A stretch of 64,000 bases of DNA, from assembly GCA_965178125.1 (NCBI GenBank), contig OZ237749.1, positions 124,001 to 188,000 of the forward strand. The letters are read 5' to 3'. The position numbers were made by a program, and so were the translations under genes. The DNA comes from Bilabrum cf. latius. Its lineage: Eukaryota. Positions within the stretch are counted from its first letter, which is position 1. Every line of letters begins with the position of its first letter. Below, one piece after another: positions 49,447-59,980 of the stretch. The notes beneath the pieces are model-generated. The model had not been told where the DNA came from, ran no database searches, and saw nothing but the letters and a program-made list of their open reading frames with translations.

Positions 49447-50229
49447 GGAGGAAGGCGGACCGGCGCGGCAGTGGTCGGTCCGGGGCCATCATTTTGTCAT
49501 TTGTGTGGGTCAGATTTGGTGCTGAAACTGATACTGTGCACCGCAGTTTCAATAATCGTGTGTGACTGTGTGTGTCCTTTCGGCTTACATCGGACATCAA
49601 AACTCGGCCCAATTGGTAGATCAGAATCAATACTTGACTGAACTGCAGAAGAAGAGTTAATCTTAAGACTGGAAATCGCATTTATCTAGCTGTTCTCGAT
49701 TTACTGTCTCGAATTATCGTTGTGCATCTAAGTAATACATAACTGCAACAGGCAAACCACAGACATAAAATATTCAAGCATAAAGTGAAATCGAGTTATC
49801 AAAACACATTTACAGCATTATCAACATTCTTTCCAATTGCAAAATTATTTGTTCATTTAAAGTGTATATCATCTGCACACATACTAAATCCTTAGCACAA
49901 GTGCATCTCGGCTCGAAATCATCTAATCTTACTACTTTACTTGTCAACATTGCATTTTCGGCTGCAGTTTATTGATTGAATTGGTCTAGACATGTTCTTG
50001 ATTTGAATACATGCCTTTGTTTACCTAACGCGGGATGGGATTCGGTATTGATGGGACGATGAGAGCGCAAGTGGTCAGATTGTTCCGATGTAGGACCTAT
50101 CGCAACCGGTGATCCACGTGCACTGGTTTTATGTATGCTCTCTCTGTGGTCAGTAATAATTCGTAATATACCAAATATGGTGTACTCTGCATTGAGCCAC
50201 TCTTAAATTATCTTACTTGTCGTGCCAAC

Positions 50230-50263
50230 ATGATACACAATCATCAATGATACACAATCATCA
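50230..50263. repeat. 17-bp tandem duplication (atgatacacaatcatca x2)
   Basis: Direct reading. The end of the second copy overlaps the TGA of the adjacent minus-strand ORF. Confidence 0.85.
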
Positions 50264-50869
50264 AACGAACATGTACTGTTCAAAACAAAGTTTCAGGTTA
50301 ATGCCCGCCTTGTCATGAGTACGTCTGCATGCATCTTGTAGACACTTTCCTTGTTTGGGCCAACGGTTCCCTGCGCTAGAAAGCACGCGTTTGGAGCATG
50401 CCGTAGATCGACAAAGAAACTCCCCGTCAGCAACTAAGATGCACTCGTTCAACTGTGCCCCTTGGCCTTGGAACTACTTTGACAGCAGGCGGTACAGCAC
50501 GGTTAGACTATCTGAGTCTTCCCTGATGTCCTCCATAACTGCAGCCGAGTCATTAGTTTGCATGCCAAGCTGCGCAGAGAGCTGCCCTGCTGGGCTGCCT
50601 CGCTCACCGCCGGCGTGGCTCGTCGAACTTTGCTGTCGCATCGATCCTGTTGATGGTACAGTTCGCGTGACTCGCAACGACGTCAGTGTGCTCCATTGCA
50701 TGGCGTATGTATTCAATAGAAGCCATACTGACAACACAATCGCAGCTAGCGGGCCTAGTGTCCAAACCGCTGATTGGATCGAACCCATTCGACATGTGAG
50801 GCTGCAGGGGATAATCCCGAAGACTCGCCTATGGGCGGAAGTCGCCGTAAACCTTTCGATTCTACGCAT
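50261..50869 (-). CDS. Hypothetical single-pass membrane protein with a Cys-containing C-terminus; 1 in-frame TAG; 5' end uncertain
   Basis: ORFs 50474..50869 and 50261..50452 are in frame, joined by TAG 50474, and end at TGA. TM-like LGPLAAIVLSVWLLL. Confidence 0.45.
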
Positions 50870-51438
50870 TAACTCAGAAAAATACTTGGAACTGAGTATC
50901 AGTCAAGTGCTACCTGACACCTTCCTTTTTTTTTCAGGTTCAAGGTCCCGCTGTTGCACTATGCAAATTTCAGGAAGTGCATTTCAATTCAAGTCCGAGC
51001 ACGACTAAATGCAGCGGAAGCGAGAACAGGTTACGCCAAAGTGTAATCGTGATTAAAGTAGCCCGCCTGCCGTTTGTGGTGGTGTCAGCGAATCTCGCAG
51101 CGTGCACTCGGCCGGCGGGCGACTGCAATGCACTCCAGCCAGGGGTGGTGGAAGAGGCATGGCTAGGGTTGTGCCTAGGCCGGCCATTTGATAACACTCA
51201 TTCTTCGCACTAGTCTAAATGTTCAGTATGACATGATTTTCAAATTCCGACTGTTTCGGGATTGCATGAAAGAGTGCCTGCCAGTTCGATTCGAAAGTGA
51301 GCATGTAGGCCATGCTTCGAAAGGCGCAGAACCTCGGGTGAGATCCAATCAACCAACATAATCATCAAAATTAAATCAATGGATTTTTCAGTTAGTTTAC
51401 AGACCAAGCCCCGAGACTGTCCTCCGCAGCTCGACGTA

Positions 51439-52188
51439 TCACACGCCAGGAGCTCGACCAGAAGGGCCAGCACGTGGCGCCCCCGCCCCACCCCCCTCTC
51501 CAAACGTAACGTTGCCGTGCTGTTGTACTGGTACGTACGTCACGCTGCCCCAAAACCCCTCCTCAGCCTGCTGTGCCACAACCCGCCGGGTCGCTTCGAT
51601 GTCGGCCGTGAATGTACGGACGGCCTTCAAGAACTGCCAGCATAGATATCCGATGTAAAAGCTAATTAAGATATTCAGGATGCTGAATATGACCTAGTAG
51701 ACCTCCTGGTCGAAGGTTGCCATGTAGTATATTTGCAGGCCCACTTGAAGGGCTTGGTAGAAAAGGTAACCCCACACGCCCCAACTCTGGACATAATAAG
51801 CACTGTACAGAGCACATATTGGGAACATGAGCGTAATCAGTAGAATGGGAGACAGCCCAAACCCCCAAAATAGTCCGAAAATCAGGTCAATGATTGCAAA
51901 AATCATGAGTGATCTCCTGCATGACATGATTATGTATATGTTCTAAATGCTCTCGGCCGACAAGCCAGCACCAGGCCCAAGCTATGCCCCACGATCGCCA
52001 TAGATAGTACTTGGATGCCGCTGTTGCTGCTGTGGAAGGGCGACAACAGTTGCAGTCGGAATACCATCGGCGCCAGTCGGCGCCTAATACTAAGGCTGGC
52101 CGCCCCCAGGGTACTACGGGGTCTATCTGGCTCTTGCAAGCTCTTCTCGCTATAAACGTGCAGCTAAATCTGCGTCCGACTCGGCCAT
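51439..52188 (-). CDS. Small four-TM-like membrane protein (249 aa) with an N-terminal DAxLAARLQxEE-type motif and a Q/P/Y-rich linker; 8 in-frame TAGs
   Basis: MAESDADLAARL*REELARAR*TP*YPGGGQP*Y*AP...PQQQQ, then four hydrophobic helices. TAGs at 52150, 52123, 52114, 52090, 52084, 51982, 51943 and 51694. Ends at TGA 51439. Confidence 0.8.
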
Positions 52189-52371
52189 TTGTACAGGTTT
52201 AGAGAGCCTAAACTCGTTTGACGTATGAGACGTCATGCAGATATTTCTCCGTTCAGCTGAACGTTCTTGGGGAAAAGGAACGTTCGGTTTTAACCAAAGA
52301 AAGTAGGGGGAAAAACGCACTACTTTGGGTCGCCTAGAGATGTCACATAGTCCAACTTGAGTCAATCAAAT

Positions 52372-53145
52372 ATGTCAGATTTGCGAGGCACAGGGGAAGC
52401 ACGCGAGAACCTCTACGCCCTTCTTGGCTTGGATGGTCCAGACCAATTCGATGCTAGCGATAAGGAAATCCAGAGACAGTTTAGACGACGCGCCATGCCA
52501 CTGCATCCGGATCAGGTTCGACGTCGTGGTGGAAATGAGGAGGACGCCCGGAAGCTGTTCGATGAATTGCGAAAAGCGAGAGATACGCTGCTAGATCCGG
52601 AGCTGAGAGCGGGGCACGACAAATGGCTGCGAGTCGGGGCGGCAGCCCAAATTCGAAGATCATAGGAATCAAAACAGAGACAAAAAGCACGTGCAGACCT
52701 CGAGGCGCGCGAGCAGCGCGCTAGGGAATCCGATGCAGCGGCGGCCGCCAGCTCTGCCCGCTCGTCGGAAGCGGCCCGCCATGCTCGCTTCATGGCACCA
52801 TTCGATGCAAGCCAGGCATCGGCGGCAAAAGGTGCGAAAGAATGGGAAACCGCGGTAGAGGCGTCTCGGGAGGACTTCGCTGCTGCCATCGCGGCGCTCG
52901 ATGCGTCCTCCGGCGCTCGCTCCGGTGCTCGCTCCGGTGCCGCCAACGAATCGACGGACGAGCCCGCCGCGAAGCGCCCGCGGACCTCCTCCCCGCCTGC
53001 TTCCTTGTCTTAGCCTCTGCATTCCGCACCAAGGGATCCGATTATGCGGCGACTATCCCAGGCCGGTGTACCCCTGCCTGCTGGCCTCGGCACTGGCGAG
53101 GACTTGGAGGAGCTGCTCGAGTGGGCGGGGCAGGTGCGGGGGTGA
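52372..53145 (+). CDS. DNAJC17: J-domain co-chaperone, DNAJC17/Cwc23-like (257 aa); 2 in-frame TAGs
   Basis: NLYALLG..EIQRQFRRRAMPLHPD..LLDPELRAGHD. The family motif R.K.R.DLEAREQ lies after TAG 52663; second TAG at 53011. Ends at TGA 53143. Confidence 0.8.
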
Positions 53146-53594
53146 GGGTCGGCTGTTCCTGCGATGCATCATCGGTGCCATGGGTGCATGGGTATTATAG
53201 TTTGCATGGGTGTGGGCAGCTGTTTCGGGCGTCGAAACGGTTCGCAAGGGAGAAGGTGGCACCACGCGGAGGTTCGTCGAATGCCTCCGAGTCATGTCTC
53301 TAGTGCTTGCGCTCTCATTTCGTTTGATGGGCTCTAGTGTACCGTAGCTTCGTACAGGCGCAGACTGGCCTAATGTGATCCATAGTCGCCTTCATCGCCC
53401 CATTTGCAAACCAAGCGAGCACAACAAGCGACCGCCACAAATACGAAGATGATGCAAGACGCCACCATGACGGTCGCAGCGGAAATTCTATCGGTCTACT
53501 TGAGCGTCGCTCTGGGCCTGAAGGCCGCGTTTAGAAGCTCACGCTAAGTTTTAAGTTGGTGATCACTAACCGGGACTGATTGCCATCTTCAGAC

Positions 53595-56500
53595 CTTTCC
53601 TGGGACTTGGTGCAAGTGTGGACGTAGATGCCTTCGATTTTGGCAGGTTGCTCGCGGTAGCTGTACAAGTCTGTGCGCTTTGGTTGGAGTCTTCCGGGCG
53701 ATGTAGCGCTGGTACACGACGAAGTATGCTTTCAATCTGCACTAGCCGCCGCTGGCAAGTCCGGCCATCATGACAGTCTGCCAGTTCTAGTCCCGTGCAC
53801 TTGGTTGGGTCCAGAACTCTCTCCTCCCGGTGCAGAGCTTGCGTTTCGGTCCTACCAAGCGTAGGCTTATGGGCATATATACTCTTTATTCTCAGTCATG
53901 GCTTTTCTGGTATGTTCGTACTATGTGCTGGATACGGCACACATTGCTGTGGGAAACGATGCGTTTCCGGAGCTCGACGACCAGTACATGGCGTGCGTAT
54001 TGTGGAGGGTTGCAGGGGTTGTGTCTACCATATTTTGTTTGGTGGCACATTTTTTGCGGGGACAGTGCACCTCTACTCCGCTGATTCTAGAGGCATCGAA
54101 GGCTGTCGGCCTGGTGGGCATCTCGACGTGTAACCTCGGCCGCATCGCGTTGATGCGAAATACCAGCTAGTTCGCGAGGGGCATCGGGGTAGAGACGGTC
54201 TTGTTCCGAGCATTGATCCCATTGATGCTGCGCGGCGATTTCATCGTTGCATGCACCGCAATGGCGGTCGACGTTGCTCAAGTGATCTACGTGCAGGCCA
54301 TGTACTTCCCTGGAGATCGCAGTCTCAACGACTATGACGTGCAGCTGAGTGTCGTTGGACTTATCGTTGCTATTGTGGTATTCAAGTCGGTGTACGGAAG
54401 CGCAAGAGAGCAGTTCTGCCTCCGCGCGCGGCTCTACAAGCGCAGGCTGGAAACAGCTCTCGCGGCGCAAGCCAGGGCCACACTCTCCAAGCAGTCCCCG
54501 TGCATGCAGCTGCTGGCCAGATCCGGGGCCCTAGTGCTGCTGCCGGGAGACGCAATCAATGAAGGCGGTAGCGACTCCTCTACATCCCCTAATTCCAGCG
54601 AGGAGCAGGAGGCAAGCAGCCCCTCCCAAGGCGAGGCCCCTCCTGACCTCGCCAGCGACGGGGAGCCGCAGCAGCCCCCTCCCTCTACGTCGCACTCGTC
54701 ACATCAACCCGCCCCGAAGCAGGACACGCATACCTCTGACGACGTGCTGGTGCTCCGGGAGCCCTCTCTGCTGCTGACCCAGGGGGAGGCGACCCACTGC
54801 GACCATAGGGCCAGGCAGTGGGGCGGGCTGGGGCTCAGGTGGTGGTCGCACGCGGGGAGCAGGGAAGGGTCGCCCACAGGTCTCGAGACCTCGGTGCAAG
54901 GTGTGACGAGTGCGCGCAGGCTAGCACCTTGGCAGATGCTTGCCCCAATGGAGGGTGTGGCCCAGGTCTGTTCCTCCCTCGGTGTCCGGCGAGACCACGC
55001 GCCCCTCGTCTTTTTATTGCTGAGCGAGTGCGTCGGCACCGTCGTAATTGGAGAAAGGAAGCCGATGAATAGCGGATCTGAACAATTTTAGGGCAGGCCT
55101 CTGCAACAGGGCAGCGGTCCGCCTCGCAATGGCATGCTAGACCGGTTCGAGCCAGGTGCGGATGCTTGGCTGCGGGCCGCAGCCGTCATCCTAAGAGGGG
55201 TGGTCAGAGTGGACCGACTCAAGCATGCAAACGCCGCCACTAGGTCGGGAGGATCTTCGGGTTTGGCCCGAGACATGTCCCAGCAGGGCAACAGCAGCAC
55301 CTCGCTCTCCCACGCCTAGCGAGCTGGCGGCCCCAACAACGTGCAGGGCCTGCAGGCAGCCCCCGCCGGTGCGCCGTCATCTCGGTCGTAGTCCGACTCG
55401 AAGCTGGGTAGCAGGCTTCCGTCTTAGCCCAGCAGAGCCCGTGAACCCAATTTGACGAGAAGCAGGCAAGCAGCGCGCACCGCAGCTGCGCCTCGTGGAA
55501 CCCCACAGTTGCCTCGCAAAGGGCATTCGTGGGCCGGGTCGGGCACTCCGCCGCCCCACAGCAAGCAAGCTGCAGTCACCACTGCGCAAGGCACGCGTGC
55601 AGCAAGCACATCAGTCTAGCAGAGCATACTTCGCCCAGGAAATAGCCTGCCTTCGCCCACTGCGCCGCCCTAGTCCGGCCGCAGCGACAGCTGCTCTGGC
55701 GCCGCCTCCCGGCAAGTGCGCAGGAGGAGAGAGGTGGTGGGTGCAGCCATCCAGGCCGCGGCTCCGCGGGTCATGGAGGTGGCCAAACTCGCGCCCGGTC
55801 TCCGCAGGTCTGGATCCAGGTCTAGCATGGTCAAACCCAAAACCTCGCGCGGCAAGCGACAGAGGCCGTGGTGCTGCGACTGGGCGACCAATGGTGGCGA
55901 CCAGGGCAGTTCGAGCTGTTGCGGGGTGCCAATTCCAGCCGTGCTGCCGTGGACGGTCACCCAAGAAGCGATTCGACTCAGATAGCAGATTTGGCGCCTG
56001 CGATCGGCGTCGTACTCTGCTCTCATGGCAGGTCTCCGACTGCACGTGGCCCCGATGCCTGACGAAACCGAGGTCCTTGCGGTGAGCAAGCAGCTGCTGG
56101 GCCCCGCCAAGATGCGGTCTCAGCTGCAGCGGCGCATGAGGGCGTACGGTCGCCAAGTTCCGCTGGCTGTCTCGACCGATGAGCACGATGCTTTTGGGGG
56201 GGTCTCTCTGGCGGGTTCGCCGCAAGCAGCCTCCAAGAGCAGCACAACGGCAGGTGAGTCGGCCTCCACGGAGCTGACACCGGCAGCGGGGCACGGCGGG
56301 CAGCACTTTGCCGCGCTCCAATCTCACCCTGATACGATGCAAGCCGTCAAGCCTGCAATAAGCGTGCAGCCGTATCTGCCGCGATCGGCCACGGGAAGCA
56401 GACGGACGTTCCGGGGCGGCGTGCTGCCTCAGCAAGGCAACGGCTCAGAGGCGGACTCATCAAGCCGCAGCAGCGAAGCGATGATCGGCGCATTGAAGCG

Positions 56501-59500
56501 GACTGAAGTGAGGGAAGTGACCATTGCCGATCATCTAGATCTCGGGGGTGATGCTGACCGCGACGCCGCTAAGCAAGCTGGGATCCAGCGGCGAGGGGGT
56601 CGGGCTGGGAAGGAAGGCCTGCTGTCACCCAGAGATGACCGAGACGAGAAAGAAATCAAGGGAGGAGTGAGAGCAGGGAAGCGACGGTCTCCGCGCAGCT
56701 AGTCTCGCAAGCCGGGCGGTGCGCCGTCAATGCAAGGAGGAAAGTCAAAGTCAAAATCGATGACAACTGATTTTGAGCTTTCTAACTCCATTCCAGTGGC
56801 TGGTGACAGCTATGAGATGGCTCGCAGGTCCTCCCATGAGACAGCCGGCAGGTCATCTCGCGAGCTAGGCGACGGGAGGTCGAGTCGCCCGGTCCATTCG
56901 CACCACTTGGGCTCTAACCCCGATGACGACCTCCAGCCGCCATCATCGGATGGATTTTTTGAGGCTATGGGTATCGGGTCAAGTGGAATTGGATACAAGA
57001 ATTCCTTTATCGAGCATGGCGTAGGCGCAGTCAAGGATGCAGCAGCTGCACCTAGCCCGCACAGCGGTGGGGTGCAGGTCGCGGCCGACCCACTGAACAG
57101 CCGCGACCGGCTGCACATGCACCACTCCGCCCACGCAACATCCGAGCCGTTGCGGGGCGTCGATGCCCCCATAGTTCCAGGTGGCGTACAACCATAGAGC
57201 GATGCTGGAACTTCGCCGACTAGTGGATCTCCAATCGACAGCTCTCCACCGGGTGGCAATTCTCTGACTCGAAGAGCCACACGCGATGCGTCGGGAGTCA
57301 CGACAGTGGCACCATCCCGCACCGCTATTGGGAACACTCGGGGCCGCGAGGCAACGCATGCTGCCAGCACCGATGCCAGCAGCGGCAGGATAGAGTCGTA
57401 CGCCAAGGAAGACGATGTGCCCGTGTCGATGAACTCGTGGGCTCAGGCAGCTGCCAGTAGTCCAGGCACGGGGCCATTGGTCCACGGCTAGGAAGGAAAC
57501 AGCGAGTACGACTCTTCAAACACTCACGGCCGGGACACTGCAGAAACGCACGGGCTCACTGTGACACAGAGCACCTATGATACGGAGCGCCCCCACCGGG
57601 TCAGGATCCCGCTGGTGCAAGGAAGGCCCAGTGCAGAGGTAGACTGGACGGACCGATCGCTAAACGGTGGTGCTAGCAGTGGAGAGTTTGCCACCGGCTC
57701 CAATTCGGTCGGGGCGAACATGCTGCAAACGGAGACGTCCTTGGGTGACGGCAGCTCCGGGGCGACCAGTCCACGGGAGTCTAGCCGCATGATGCATCGA
57801 CCAGTCTCCGTGCGTGAGCTGCAGCGTAAGACCGACAGGACAGCTAGGGGCTATGCCCATCGGGAGTCTGCAGAGCTGGATGCCTCCATGGACGATAGCG
57901 AAGGGCTCGTGGGGCCTGGCTACGAGCAGCCTAGGCTGGGCGGTCGAGCTAGTCTCGGTCTCGCGCCCATTCGGGAGGTGCCCGACAGCGACCCAGCGAT
58001 GGGTCGAATAGACACCGATGAAAGCACGAGGGAGACAGCAAGCAGCCCATAGACCGAAGACGCCCAGGCCTCGGGTAGGATGGAGAGAACCACATCGGAG
58101 CGGCACATGCAAGCGAGCCTACAGCCGGATGAGATCATTCCTACAAAGAATGGCAGCAAGCTCCCCAAGCAGGGCACCAATCACACGTCAGGGCGATCGT
58201 CCATGGAGCTTTTCAACCAGGACTTCACCGATGTGACGCCACGCACCAACACTGCTACTGAGGGACCGACTGGATACAGCGTGCAACGATTCCATTCGCA
58301 GGACACCCGGGCCAATCCATCCGCGGCAGTTGTCACAGTGACCCACGGAGCGAGGCCGAGGCCAGCTCAGGGGGCTGTGTTGGCCCTGTCGACTGACATG
58401 AGGGGCATTCCATCTGATATTCTCTGGCAGTTGCAGCACGACCGTAAGACTTCGCATGCTCAGCAGCTGCCAAGTGAGAGCATCGGCAGCGGCAGTGCAA
58501 TCCTGCGAAACAGCCCCCGCTTTCGCAGCAGGGCGGTCACTACGCGAGCCGATGACCCAGGCAACGGCATCCCTCGTGGGATGGGGATGACGCTGCAGTC
58601 TCGCATGCGGCTGGTTGCGGGGCAATCTGCCGGATCGGTGGCGGGCGCGTCGCAGATGCATGACGGCTTGCTGGACAACGCGCAGTAGAGCCCAGCGGTG
58701 CTGAGAGAGCATCACTTGGAGCGATGGCCCGTTGGTGGAAGCGTGCTCCTGCCTGCTTCTGCTATCGAGCAGGAACAGTCACAGGTTGGCGGCGGCTCCT
58801 AGCTAGCGCTTGCAGACCGGCATGGCAGCAGCTCGGCTGGGACCGCTTCCATCATGTCGACCGACGTGTTGTAGCGAGTGCACAATTTCTCGCATGGCAC
58901 GCACCGCGGCTCGCGTATGCTTCTCGCGGCCTCGAACTCATCTATGAGTCCTGCCGGGGGCGGCGATTCCAGCACAGGATAGACCCGAGCCTTCGTTAGC
59001 AGCAGGCGTCCTGACTCTGGGTCTGTCTCCGGAGACTCCGCCGATGACCTGAAGGAGGCAGTGTATAGCCAGCCAGACTGGCCATGCAGCCGAGGCAAGT
59101 ACGACATGGACGATGGCGGCGGCGGTGTAGCAAGCGGCGGTGGAAAGGCGGTTGCAGAGGCGAGAAAGCAGGTGGCTCGGTTCGCGCAGGACGTGGATCA
59201 GAACGCTGATCTTTTCCAGGGATCAGCAGATTCCGAGGCACAGCCAAGTGAGAGCGGGGATGATGGTCAAGACGGCCTGGAATCGTTCCAACCGCTGGAA
59301 CTGGCTCCCTTCCAGCGGTCACCCGGCACGGGATCACTACCAAAGGGGCAGCGATCGCCCCCCAAGTCTTCTCGGTCCAAGAACAGTGGGCTGCCCCCGC
59401 TCCCGCAGCACGCGCCGCTGCCCAGCCCAGCATTCAAAGGGCCATTGGGGAGGCAGGCCAACCCGCTGCCAGCCATCAGCGAGAAGGTCACGAGTGAGCC

Positions 59501-59852
59501 CACGGGCAGCCCGGTGCGGGACACCTAGCCAGCTCCCAGCTTTGCTGGTAGAGACACCCGCGATCGTGTGGCGTCAGAGGCGCTATACAGGGCTACTCCA
59601 GTGATTCCGACAAGCGACAAACTCGACGATTGGGTGGCATGCATCGTGCGCTCCGCGGGCAGGTGGGTCCACCGATTGCGAGTGCCTGACCTTGACGATC
59701 CCAGCGGCAGCCTATCGGTGCTAGTTGACAGCGAGAGCGGCAGCAGGCTTGTGCTGACTGCGTCAAGGGTAGAGGGGCACGATGTGGGGCTGCTGTGTGT
59801 GCACGTGTACGAGGCGCCCGAGTGCCTGATGCCGCAGACTGTAGCTGTGTAA
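53595..59852 (+). CDS. Very large hypothetical protein (>2080 aa): N-terminal multi-pass TM region and a long Ser/Gly-rich disordered body; 20 in-frame TAGs; probable short upstream exon near 53449-53545
   Basis: Twelve track ORFs (53673.. to 59568..) lie in one frame, and the only interruptions over 6.26 kb are TAG. Ends at TAA 59850. A branch-point-like cactaac and a ttcAG acceptor at 53592 lie upstream. Confidence 0.8.
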
Positions 59853-59980
59853 CATCCGTGGATGCGAGCTGAATGGATCCGCGCAAGGGCTGGAGCGCGG
59901 GCTGACTTGCAACGGTTTGTTTAAGAGACTAGATGCTCTTTAGGCACGAAATCATGCATTCAAGCTCACTCGGCTCGGAG

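Noticed and set aside
48670-50260. Suppressor tRNA(CUA) or other RNA gene in this or other intergenic gaps
   Set aside because: I could not recognise a cloverleaf or A/B-box pair by eye. This needs tRNAscan-SE; the tRNA is probably elsewhere in the genome.
50355-51008. Plus-strand 217-aa ORF as a gene
   Set aside because: Non-ATG start and no motif. The overlapping minus-strand frame with a TM segment and TAG readthrough seems more plausible, though also uncertain.
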